Shown: positions 1 through 9,748 of the stretch, one piece after another | Position numbering within the stretch: the stretch's first letter is position 1 | Layout of the letters: each line of letters begins with the position of its first letter | Assembly (NCBI GenBank): GCA_963666115.2 | Contig: CAXXET010000007.1 | Span: 64,001-128,000 of the forward strand | Reading direction: 5' to 3' | Source: Dehalococcoidia bacterium | Lineage (GTDB): Bacteria; Chloroflexota; Dehalococcoidia; UBA6926 | DNA length: 64,000 bases | Translations under genes and position numbers: made by a program | Notes under the pieces: generated by a model | The model's input: only the letters and a program-made list of their open reading frames with translations | What the model was told of the DNA's origin: nothing | The model's database searches: none

Positions 1-1108
1 TTTACAGCCAGATAATCCGCCAACTCCGTCGCAAGCAGGAAACCGCTTTCAGCCGCGCCGCGCATCCTGTCCGCCCGGAACTCCAGAGTGGGAACCATCC
101 CCGCCATCATCTCCAGGCTGCCGAGCAAGGTATCCGCCGCATCAAACAAAGGCTCCTTGTCCTCCTGCAAGTCACGGTTATAGGCAAGTGGCAGCGCCTT
201 GACGGCTGTGAGGAGCGAAACAAGGCTGCCAAGCACACGCCCCGTCTTGCCGCGCACCAGCTCCGCAATGTCCGGGTTGCGTTTCTGCGGCATGATGCTG
301 GAACCGGAGGCGTAATCCGAACCGACACGGACGAAGCCGAACTCATCCGACGACCACAGGATGATCTCCTCTGCAAGGCGGGAAAGATGCGTCATCGTCA
401 GCGCGGCGGCGGACAGGAACTCGATGATATAGTCGCGGTCCGCCACGGCGTCCATGCTGTTGCGGCTGACGGCGTCAAAGCCCAGGTCAGCCGCCAGCGC
501 CCCGCGGTCGATGGGATACGCCGTCCCCGTCAACGCCGCGCTGCCGAGCGGCATCACGTCCGCCCGTGTGAGCGCGTCGCGCATCCGTCCCGCGTCGCGT
601 TCCGCCATCTCCACGTAGGCCAGCAGGTGGTGGGCAAGCAGCACGGGCTGCGCGCGTTGGAGATGCGTATACCCCGGCAGGATGACGTCGATTCCCGCCT
701 CCGCCTGCTCGATGAGGGCGCGGCGGTACTCATTCAGGCGGCGCAGTGCGCCCTCGATCACGTCCTTGACGTAGAGGCGCGTATCCGTCGCAACCTGGTC
801 GTTGCGGGAGCGGCCCGTGTGGAGTTTGCCGCCGACGGGCCCGATCAGCTCGATCAGCCGCCGCTCGATATTGAAGTGGATGTCCTCCAACTCCAACCTG
901 AACGGGAATGACCCGTCCTCCAACTCCGACGTGATTGCCTCCAGACCACCCAGGATCGCCCGCGTCCTCGGTCGTCATCCAACACGCCCGCCCGCCCAAG
1001 CGCGCGCGCCCACGCCTCTGAGCCGTGCGCGTCATACGCCGCCAACCGTTTATCAAACGGCAGCGAGGCCAGGAAATCCGCCGGGTTCGTGCTGAATTGA
1101 TCCGCCAT
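1..1108 (-). CDS. argH: Argininosuccinate lyase; runs off the window start, frameshift near 960-975
   Basis: N-terminus [22 protein letters not shown]; after the frameshift reads [12 protein letters not shown]...[15 protein letters not shown] and [12 protein letters not shown] (fumarate lyase signature). Confidence 0.93.
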
Positions 1109-1185
1109 ACATACAGGATACGGCCACGGAGCGCCGAATGCCGCGACCTCTCGAATCGTGTCATGATTCTGTGCTACGGTGACGC

Positions 1186-1327
1186 ATGCGTTCCGCCCCT
1201 CGACGTGGATCAGATGGACGAGAGCGAACTGGCCACGCTCGGCGACGAGGCCGCCAAGCTCTTCGGCTGCCCCGACTCCGGCGAAACCATCGAGGTGTTG
1301 ACGCTCCCCGCAGTCGTCCGACAGTAG
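1186..1327 (+). CDS. Small hypothetical protein (~46 aa), antisense between argG and argH, probable 1-nt indel near 1197
   Basis: Host-like codons for LDVDQMDESELATLGDEAAKLFGCPDSGETIEVLTLPAVVRQ*; TGC-TACGGT -10-like box 5 nt before ATG 1186. Confidence 0.35.
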
Positions 1328-1378
1328 GCTATCCGCGAGTTGATCATGGTATTGAGGGCAGCAATGCCCTGATAGCTG

Positions 1379-2580
1379 CTATTCCTCCGGCCGCACCCGC
1401 GCCTGCGTGCGGATGGGCAGGCCCCAGAGGTGGATGAAGCCGGGCGAGGCCGATTGGTCAAACACATCGCCCTCGTCGTAGGTGGCCAAAGCATGCTGGT
1501 ACAGCGCGTAGTCGCTCTTGCGGCCCACCACCGTCGCGTGCCCCTTGTGGAGCTTGACGCGCACCGCGCCCGTGACCGCCCGCTGGCTGCTGTCGACATA
1601 CGCCTGCAGGTCCTCCCGCAGCTGGCTGAACCAGAGTCCGTCGTACACCAACTGCGCGTACTCGCGGGACACATTCTCGCCGAACCGCACCTGGTCCTTC
1701 GTGAGAACCATGCCCTCCAACGCCTTGTGCGCGTTGAGCAGGATCGTCGCCGCCGGCGCCTCCATATATCTCACGTGATTTGATGCCGACCAAGCGGTCT
1801 TCAATGTGGTCGATGCGCCCGACGCCGTGCTCGCCGCCAATCCTTTGAGAGGGTTTCCACAAGATCGACAGGCTCCATCTCCGCGCCGTCCAGCGCGATG
1901 GGGACGCCCTGCTCAAACTGCACTTCAACGTAGCGCGGCCTCATCCGGCGCCTCATGCGGGCGCGACCGTCCCACTCGTAGGCGTTCTCCGGCGGCTCGC
2001 GCCACGCGTCCTCCAGCGCCCCCGCCTCGATGCTGCGCCCCCAGAGGTTGTCGTCGGTGGAATAGGGCTTTTCGAGAGTGGAGGGCACGGGGATTTCATG
2101 CTCGCGGGCGTAGGCGATCTCTTCGACGCGGGTCATGCCCCACTCGCGGGCAGGAGCCACCACCTTGAGATCAGGGGCGAGCGCGCCGACGGACACGTCG
2201 AGCCGCACCTGGTCGTTGCCCTTGCCGGTGCAGCCGTGGGCGACGGCGGTTGCGCCCTCCTGCCGCGCGGCCTCCACCATGAGGCGGGCGATTAGCGGCC
2301 TGCCCAGCGCCGTGGCGACGGGATAGACGCCCTGGTAAAGCGCATTGGCCTTGAGGGCGGGAAAGACGAACTCGCGGATGAACTCGTCGCGCACGTCGGC
2401 GATATGCGCCCCGACCGCGCCGGATTCAAGCGCCCTCTGCCGGATCTCATCCAGGTTGTCGACGTTGCCCAGGTTAGCCGTCAGGGTAACCACGTCATAG
2501 CCGTAGTTCTCCTGGATCCACCGCACCGCAACGGACGTATCAAGCCCACCGCTATAGGCAAGTACAAGTTTCTCAGGCAT
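1379..2580 (-). CDS. argG: Argininosuccinate synthase, several probable sequencing indels around 1770-1975
   Basis: [38 protein letters not shown]; C-terminal [16 protein letters not shown] in another frame. Confidence 0.95.
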
Positions 2581-2595
2581 GCGGCGCGGCCCTTG

Positions 2596-2609
2596 CGTCA
2601 TTCCCGCGA
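2596..2609. repeat. Half copy of CGTC-type REP-like palindrome; provides the stop codon of the PaREP1-like gene
   Basis: CGTCATTCCCGCGA is identical to the 5' half of the copies at 26100 and 40249. Confidence 0.55.
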
Positions 2610-2960
2610 CTCGACGTAGGACAACATGCGGTGGACAAATAGGTGGACGAGCGGGCGGTCGCCTTCGACCTCGTAGTCTTCCATTTCATCATGGTAGAAA
2701 TTCTTGTGGAACTTCTCCGCCGCCGCGAAGCCGCCCGCAAAGAACACCTCGTCGATCTCACCGGCCACTCGCTGCACAACGTTCTTCATGGCCCGGTGGG
2801 AGCGGCATTCCCAGCCGTGCTTTTCCGCCGCGGCCATGATGGCGTGTGTGGCGGCGCCCCACAGCTTCTCGGACGCCTGTAGATGATCCCCTGCCCCGAA
2901 CTCCTCATCAGACGCGGTTAGGAAATCCAGGGCCGTTTGGGCGTGCTCAGACTGATTCAT
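2598..2960 (-). CDS. PaREP1-family (HEPN-like) protein
   Basis: FLTASDEEFGAGDHLQASEKLWGAA...SHRAM...AEKFHKNFY pattern; TACAAT 6 nt before ATG. Confidence 0.75.
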   Translation of the reverse strand: MNQSEHAQTALDFLTASDEEFGAGDHLQASEKLWGAATHAIMAAAEKHGWECRSHRAMKNVVQRVAGEIDEVFFAGGFAAAEKFHKNFYHDEMEDYEVEGDRPLVHLFVHRMLSYVESRE

Positions 2961-2993
2961 AGCGTCATTGTAGCAAGGACGCGGAGAGGCGGG

Positions 2994-3182
2994 CTATTTC
3001 GCCGCTTTGCCGAGCGTGCGGATGCAGCGGGTGCACATGCGAACCCGGGTGCGGACGCCGTTGGCATCATACTGCGAGACGCGCTGCATGTTGACGTTCC
3101 AGCGTCGGCGCGTCTTGCGGTTCGAGTGGCTGACACGGTTGCCGAATTGGGGGCCGCGGTCACAGAACTTACACTTTGCCAT
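2994..3182 (-). CDS. rpmB: 50S ribosomal protein L28 (Zn-binding type)
   Basis: MAKCKFCDRGPQFGNRVSHSNRKTRRRWNVN...CTRC. Confidence 0.97.
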   Translation of the reverse strand: MAKCKFCDRGPQFGNRVSHSNRKTRRRWNVNMQRVSQYDANGVRTRVRMCTRCIRTLGKAAK

Positions 3183-3307
3183 GGTTGCTAATCAACTATC
3201 GTTTTCGGGATGATTCTCGCGCGCCCGCAGGGGCGGCTACACCGTTACTGCACGAGGTCGTATGCTACCAGAGTCAGGGATGTGAGGCAACACGGTGGGG
3301 GTGTGCG

Positions 3308-4927
3308 ATGACAACGGACACAGGCGCGCTGGACGGGCAAGGGCTGCTTGCGGCGTTGGCGGGCGGGGCGGAGTGGCTGCAGGCGAACGTGGACGCCGTG
3401 AACGCGCTGAACGTGTATCCCGTGCCGGACGGCGACACGGGCACGAACATGATGCTCACGCTCCAGACGGCGCTGCGTGACGCAAATGAGAACCCCGGCG
3501 ACGGCACCGTCGGCGCGATTGCGGCGGTCATCGGACAGGGTGCGCTGCGCGGGGCGCGCGGCAACAGCGGCGTCATCCTGTCGCAGTACCTGAAGGGCCT
3601 TGCGCAGGGCCTCGACGGCGTCGAAACGATGGACGGCCCCGCGCTCGCCAGGGGCTTGCAGGCTGCGTCCGGCGCGGCGTACAGCGCCATGAGCAAGCCT
3701 GTCGAGGGCACGATGCTGACCGTCGGGCGCGAGGCGGGCGAGGCGGCAAACGCGAGCGGCTCCGCAGACGTTATCGAGACGCTGCGGGCGGCGGCAGATG
3801 AGGCTGACGCGTCAACCGCGCGCACGCCGGAACTGCTGCCCGTGCTGGCGAGCGCGGGCGTCGTTGATTCCGGCGGACAGGGCATCGCAGTGCTGTTGCG
3901 CGGCGCGCTCGCGCGGCTCACGGGAGAAGACCCCGGCCCGGCCCTCGAAGCGCCGACAATCGCAACCATCGATCCAAGTCTCTACTCAGGCGAGGAGGGC
4001 GAGGCGTGGGGCTATTGCACGGAGTTCGTGCTGATCGAACCCTCCTCCAACATGGACAGCATCCGCGCGACGATGGCGTTGTTCGGCGAGTCCGAGTCCA
4101 TCGTTGAGGGCGACAACCTGGTGCGTGTCCATCTGCATACGTCCGAGCCGGAGACCGTGCTGGCCGAGGCCGAGGGGATGGGGCGGCTGGAGCAGGTTTC
4201 CATCCGTGACATGGACCAGCAGCACCAGCAGTTCCTGGCGGGGCACGGGGAGGACATCGAGAACGTGGCCTGCGGCGTCGTGTCCGTGGCCGCCGGGCCC
4301 GGTTTCGTGCGAATCATGCGGGGTCTTGGGGCAGGTTCGATCATCTGGGGCGGACAGTCCATGAACCCGTCCGCCGAGGAGATCGCGGAGGCCGTGGAAT
4401 CCATCCCCGCGCCGGACATCATCATCCTGCCTAACAACAAGAACATCGCGGCGACCGCAGAGGTCTCGCGTGACCTCATCCACACCAAGACAATCACGGT
4501 GCTCCCAACGGAGTCCGTTCAGCAGGGCATCGCCGCGCTGCTCACATACTCCGCCACCGATTCGGTAGAGAACAACCTGGAGGGGATGCGGGGCGCGGTC
4601 GATGAACTGCGCTGGGCTGAGGTGACCTACGCGGTGCGAGACGGCCAATCCGGCGACGTTGCCTATACGGCTGAGCAGCCGATCGGCCTGCTGGAGGGCG
4701 AGTTGGTCGTGTCAGGCGAGACGCCGGAGGCGGTAGCGCAGTCGCTGGTCGAGCGGATCGCGCCGGTGGGTGAGCACCTCGTAACCATCTACTATGGGGC
4801 GGGCGTGACGGAGGAGCAGGCAGAGTCGGCGGCGGAGGCCGTGCGGGCGGTCTGTTCGGATGAGGTGGAGGTTGAGGTCCAGGGCGGAGGCCAGCCGCTG
4901 TATCCGTACTTGATCTCGGTGGAATAG
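3308..4927 (+). CDS. DAK2 domain protein (fatty acid kinase FakA-like)
   Basis: NALNVYPVPDGDTGTNM, GARGNSGVILSQ, GVVDSGG, GGQSMNPS, GGQPLYPYLISVE. Confidence 0.93.
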   Translation: MTTDTGALDGQGLLAALAGGAEWLQANVDAVNALNVYPVPDGDTGTNMMLTLQTALRDANENPGDGTVGAIAAVIGQGALRGARGNSGVILSQYLKGLAQGLDGVETMDGPALARGLQAASGAAYSAMSKPVEGTMLTVGREAGEAANASGSADVIETLRAAADEADASTARTPELLPVLASAGVVDSGGQGIAVLLRGALARLTGEDPGPALEAPTIATIDPSLYSGEEGEAWGYCTEFVLIEPSSNMDSIRATMALFGESESIVEGDNLVRVHLHTSEPETVLAEAEGMGRLEQVSIRDMDQQHQQFLAGHGEDIENVACGVVSVAAGPGFVRIMRGLGAGSIIWGGQSMNPSAEEIAEAVESIPAPDIIILPNNKNIAATAEVSRDLIHTKTITVLPTESVQQGIAALLTYSATDSVENNLEGMRGAVDELRWAEVTYAVRDGQSGDVAYTAEQPIGLLEGELVVSGETPEAVAQSLVERIAPVGEHLVTIYYGAGVTEEQAESAAEAVRAVCSDEVEVEVQGGGQPLYPYLISVE

Positions 4928-4974
4928 AGCCCTGCGCAAACGGGAGGGCGGCTGTGGTGGGCAGCGGATAGGAC

Positions 4975-6261
4975 ATGGCAGTTCAATCGCGGTCGTCGAT
5001 CGGGAAATTGAATCCGCGCCGCGTGTTCTACGGGTGGTGGATCGTCCTGTCCGGCTTCCTGCTGATGCTGTTCTCGACAGGCGTCGGCTTTTATGGCTTC
5101 TCGGCCTTCGTCAACCCCATTGCGGACTCAATTGCGGGCGGCAGCCGCACAGTCGTGGCGGCGGCGGTGTCTATTCAGCGGGCCGAATCGGGAATCCTGG
5201 GGCCGATCATGGGGTTCCTCGTCGACCGGATCGGCCCGCGACTTATCCTCATCGCGGGATTCGTGATCGGCGGAACGGGATTCATCCTCGTGTCGCTGAC
5301 GCAGAATGTTGTCCAGTTCTACGCGGCGTACATGTTTCTGGCGCTCGGACTGGGCGCCGGGTCATTCCTGATCGTCAGCGCGGCGGTCACAAACTGGTTC
5401 AACCGCATGCGTGGCCGCGCGCTGGGTTTCCTCTTCCTCGGGCCGGGCTTTGCGGGTTTCCTCGTGCTGGGCATCGTGGTGTTGATCGAGGAGTTCGGCT
5501 GGCGATACACCCTGGCCGGCATTGGCGTGGCGATGTGGATCATTTGCATTCCCCTCGCGATGATCATCCGCCGCGCGCCGGAGGCATACGGCCAGAGGCC
5601 GGACGGTGATCCGCCCGCCGAAGATTCGACAGGCGCGCCCGTCGCGCTCACCGGGGGAGGCGTGCCGGTCGGTGAGGCATCGCTGATTGGAATCGGCAGC
5701 GTCCTGCGAAGCGTCAGCTACTACCAGTACGTGTTTGCGCTTGGGATGCAGCAAATGGGATTCTCCGCGCTGGTCATCTTCCAGGTTCCGGCGCTCCAAA
5801 CCTTCGGGTTATCTGCAAAAGAGGCTGGGCTGGCAGTCCTGATCTGGACCGTTGGGGGGCTGCCGGGGCGGCTTGCCTCCGGCTTCCTTGCGGACAAGTT
5901 CGACAAGCGGCTGGTGCTGGCCGCAGCGTTCATCATGCAACTCGTTGGCTTGTTCTTCTTCTTGACGACGACCAACCTGAGCTGGGCAATCCTGTACGGC
6001 GTCACGCACGGCATCGGCTGGGGGATGACAACGCCATCGCGGCTCGCATTGCAGGGCGAACTCTGGGGGCGCGCCATCTTCGGTCGTCTGATGGGAATAC
6101 AAACGGGGACATCCGCAATCGGTTCAATACTCTCCCCGATATTCGTCGGCTGGTGGTTCGACACATACGACGACTACAAGATGCCGATTCTGCTGCTGTT
6201 CATGCCGCTGTTCCTCTGCATTGTGCTGGTGCTGACGTTGAAGAGGCCGAACCGGGCGTAG
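4975..6261 (+). CDS. MFS transporter
   Basis: FYGWWIV start, GFLVDRIGPR and GFLADKFDKR motif A copies, about 12 hydrophobic segments. Confidence 0.9.
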   Translation: MAVQSRSSIGKLNPRRVFYGWWIVLSGFLLMLFSTGVGFYGFSAFVNPIADSIAGGSRTVVAAAVSIQRAESGILGPIMGFLVDRIGPRLILIAGFVIGGTGFILVSLTQNVVQFYAAYMFLALGLGAGSFLIVSAAVTNWFNRMRGRALGFLFLGPGFAGFLVLGIVVLIEEFGWRYTLAGIGVAMWIICIPLAMIIRRAPEAYGQRPDGDPPAEDSTGAPVALTGGGVPVGEASLIGIGSVLRSVSYYQYVFALGMQQMGFSALVIFQVPALQTFGLSAKEAGLAVLIWTVGGLPGRLASGFLADKFDKRLVLAAAFIMQLVGLFFFLTTTNLSWAILYGVTHGIGWGMTTPSRLALQGELWGRAIFGRLMGIQTGTSAIGSILSPIFVGWWFDTYDDYKMPILLLFMPLFLCIVLVLTLKRPNRA

Positions 6262-6269
6262 AATGCGGC

Positions 6270-7388
6270 ATGGGTGAGTGGCCGCGCCCGTGGCGCTATA
6301 TCTTCCACGCGGATATGGACGCGTTTTTCGCGTCCGTCGCGCAGCGCGATGATCCAAGCCTGCGCGGCAAACCCATCGTGGTGGGCGGACCGCCGGAATC
6401 GCGCGGCGTCGTGGCGGCGGCGTCATATGAAGCGCGCAAGCTGGGGGCGCGGTCAGCGATGCCGATGGCAACAGCGCTGCGCCTCAGCCCGGACATCATT
6501 CGTGTCGGGCATCGTCCCGGCGGATACGGCAACATCTCGCGGCAGGTAATGACCATCCTGCGCCGCGTAACACCGCACGTGCAGCAACTCTCCGTCGATG
6601 AAGCCTACGTGGACGTCACGGATGTTGCGGGGCCGGACATGCTGGAGCCGCTCGGCAAGGAAATCAAGAGGCGCGTGCGGCGCGCGACGGGCCTGGCCGT
6701 GACCATCGGCGGCGGCGTGAACAGGACCGTCGCCAAGGTGGCGTCGCAGGTGGGCAAGCCGGACGGCCTGCTGATCGTGCCGCCGGCGACAGAGGATGAG
6801 TTCCTCGCGCCGCTGAACGTGTCGCTGCTGAGCGGTGTCGGCCCGGTGACGCTCCGCGCGTTGAATGCGCGCGGCATCCGCACGATGGGAGACCTCGCGG
6901 CGGCAGAGGACGACTGGCTCGCCAGGGAGTTTGGGACGCGCGGGGCCTGGCTGAAGGAAAGGTCGCTGGGCAGGGGGTCATCTGAACTCGAATTCGAGGA
7001 TGAGCGGCAGGTCAAGTCGATCAGCAGCGAGACGACGATGCGGACGGACACGGACGACGGTGAGACGCTTCTCGGCATCATCCATGAACAGGCGGCGGAC
7101 GTGGTCCGGCAGATGCAGGGCAAGGGCCTGCGGGCGCGGACGGTTCGCCTGAAGCTGCGGCTGGCGGATTTCACGACGTTTACGCGGCAGCAGTCCCTGC
7201 CCCGCCCCACGGACGATGAGGCGGCAATCCTGGGCGTCGCGGATGAGATTTTGCGGCGTGAACTGGCGCCGGGGCGGGAGTTCCGGCTGATCGGCGTGGC
7301 GGTGGCGTCCCTGGAGCCTGCGCTGGATCAACCGGATGCAGCGGAGAAGGGACCGGCGGCCGGGGGGCAGATACGGTTGGGAATCTGA
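6270..7388 (+). CDS. dinB: DNA polymerase IV
   Basis: HADMDAFFASV, ASYEAR, SVDEAYVD, KPDG. Confidence 0.93.
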   Translation: MGEWPRPWRYIFHADMDAFFASVAQRDDPSLRGKPIVVGGPPESRGVVAAASYEARKLGARSAMPMATALRLSPDIIRVGHRPGGYGNISRQVMTILRRVTPHVQQLSVDEAYVDVTDVAGPDMLEPLGKEIKRRVRRATGLAVTIGGGVNRTVAKVASQVGKPDGLLIVPPATEDEFLAPLNVSLLSGVGPVTLRALNARGIRTMGDLAAAEDDWLAREFGTRGAWLKERSLGRGSSELEFEDERQVKSISSETTMRTDTDDGETLLGIIHEQAADVVRQMQGKGLRARTVRLKLRLADFTTFTRQQSLPRPTDDEAAILGVADEILRRELAPGREFRLIGVAVASLEPALDQPDAAEKGPAAGGQIRLGI

Positions 7389-7437
7389 TTTCGCGGTATG
7401 ATTCATTGAACTCATCAACCGGGGAGGGGAAGTCATC

Positions 7438-9682
7438 GTGACACAACTTGCGTCATACAACATCGTCGGCCACGCGACACCGCGCGCGGAGGGCCCGGAC
7501 AAGGTGACGGGCAGCGGCATCTACGGGATGGACCGCGCACTGCCGGGGATGCTCTGGTGCAAGATTCTCCGCAGCCCTTTCGCCCACGCGCGCATCGTCA
7601 GCATCGATGCCAGCGAGGCAGCGGCGCTGCCCGGCGTCCACATGGTGCTGACCGGCAAGGATTTGGAGGGCGTGCGCACGAACCGCGCGCCCATCAAGGA
7701 CGAGCCTGCGCTGTGCTGGGACACGGTGCTGTACGTGGGCGACAAGGTGGCCGCCGTCGTGGCGGATGACGAGGATGTTGCCGAACGCGCGCTTGAGCTT
7801 ATCCAGGTGGAATACGAGGAGCTGCCCCCGGTGCTGTCGGCGCGGGAGGCGGCTCAGCCGGACGCTCCTATCCTGCATCCGGATTTTGCCAACTACATCG
7901 GTGTGAAGGACGCGCCGGAGACGCCGACCAACGTTGTCGTGGCGCTGGATCGCGGGCGGGGCGACGTGGACGCGGGGTTTGCGGAGGCGGACGTCATCGT
8001 CGAGGAGACGTACACGACGCCGCACCAGCACCAGGCGTATTTGGAGCCGCACTCCGTTCTGATTGACGTTGAAGAGGACGGCACGGCGCAGATATGGATG
8101 TCGTGCCAGTTGCCGGCGGCGAATTTCAATGAGCTGGTGCGGGTGCTCGACCTGCCGGCGGAGAAGATCGTCATCAATTCCTCGTACATCGGCGGGTCCT
8201 TCGGCGGCAAGACGGACGCGGTGGGCGTCTACATCATGTATGAGTTCGCCAAGCGCACAGGCCGTCCAATCAAGCTTGTATTCGACTATTCAGAGGAGTT
8301 GATGGCGTCCAACCCGCGCCATCCGTCTGAAATCACGATCAGAGCGGGCGTAAAGCGCGACGGGACGATCACCGCGTGGCAGGCAGACGCATACCTGGCC
8401 TTCGGGGCGTACGTATCCTACGCGCCCGTTCCGAACGGGCTGCGGGGCGTGTTCGAGATGGGCGGCGCCTACCGCTGCGAGAACATCGCCATGTCCATCA
8501 CGCACACGTACGCCAACCTGGTGCCGTGCGGTTTCGCGCGAGCGCCCGGGATGCCGCAGGGACTGTGGGCGGGAGAGTCGCACATCGACCTTTGCGCCCG
8601 CGCAATCGGCATGGACCCGGCGGAGTTTCGCACGCGCAACATCCTGCACGAGGGCGAGCCGCTGATGAACGGGGATGAGTACCAGGCCCTGCGCGCCGAC
8701 ACAACCCTTGAGGAGGCGCTGCGGGCGGCGGATTATTCCGGCAACAGGCCGGCAAACGTCGGGATCGGCATCGGCACCGGCCACCACTCGCAGGGCGGCG
8801 GCGCGGCGGCGTGCCAGGTGACGATCACGGCGGACGGCGCGATCACCGCGCACTTCTCCACGTTCGATACGGGCGGCGGCACGTTCACGATCATCGCCCA
8901 GGTTGTGGCGGAGCAGCTTGGCGTATCGCCGCAGGATGTCGAGGCGCTTTCGTTCCCAAGCAACCAGCTTGGGCCGCTGCAGGGCATTGGCGGCAGCCGA
9001 GGCGCGCGCGTGACGAGCCACAGTGGGGCACATGGCGGCATCGGATACGGCGGACAAGCTCCGACGTTTGGCGGCGGAGTTTCAGGGCTGGGACGAGGAG
9101 CGCCTGACGCTGAACGGCGGCAACGTTGTGAATGAGAGCGGCGAGAGCATCGAATTCGGGCAGATAGCCGCTCGGACTGGAGAGCCTATCGTCACGCGCG
9201 TCGATATCCAGGAGGGCACAAGCCCTTACACTGCCTTCGGCACGCAGATCGCAGAGGTAGAGGTCGATCCGGAAACGGGCGATTTCGAGGTGCTCAAGAT
9301 CACCGCCGTCCATGAGACCGGGCGCGTACTGAACCCGGTCGCGTTCTATGGGCAGCTCGAGGGCGGCGTCGTATACGGCTTTGGCGAGACGGTGATGACG
9401 GAGACGGTCTACGACGAATCGGGCCGCGTCACAAACCCCTCGTTCGCAGACATGAAGCTACCCACAGTCCGTGATTTGCCGGAGTTGAACGAAATCGTAC
9501 TGGAATCGGACGTGGGCGACGGCCCGTACGCGGTGCGCGGAATCGGCGAGCACACCAACATCATGACCGCGCCGGCCATCGCCAACGCCATCGAGGACGC
9601 GGTAGGAGTCCGCATAACAACCCTCCCAATCACCGCAGAAAAGGTCTACGCGGCCCTCCAAGAAAAGCGCAACGGAGGCTAG
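7438..9682 (+). CDS. Xanthine dehydrogenase-family Mo-binding subunit, frameshift near 9020
   Basis: ILRSPFAHARI, QAYLEPH, GGSFGGK, AEVEVDPETG, GQLEGG, RGIGE; ORFs 7438-9135 and 9023-9682 join into one gene. Confidence 0.88.
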
Positions 9683-9748
9683 GCACGCGAGGACGCCACG
9701 CGACTTGTCCAGCGCGGAGTTCGCTCGAAGCGTCAGGATGAGCGGCGG

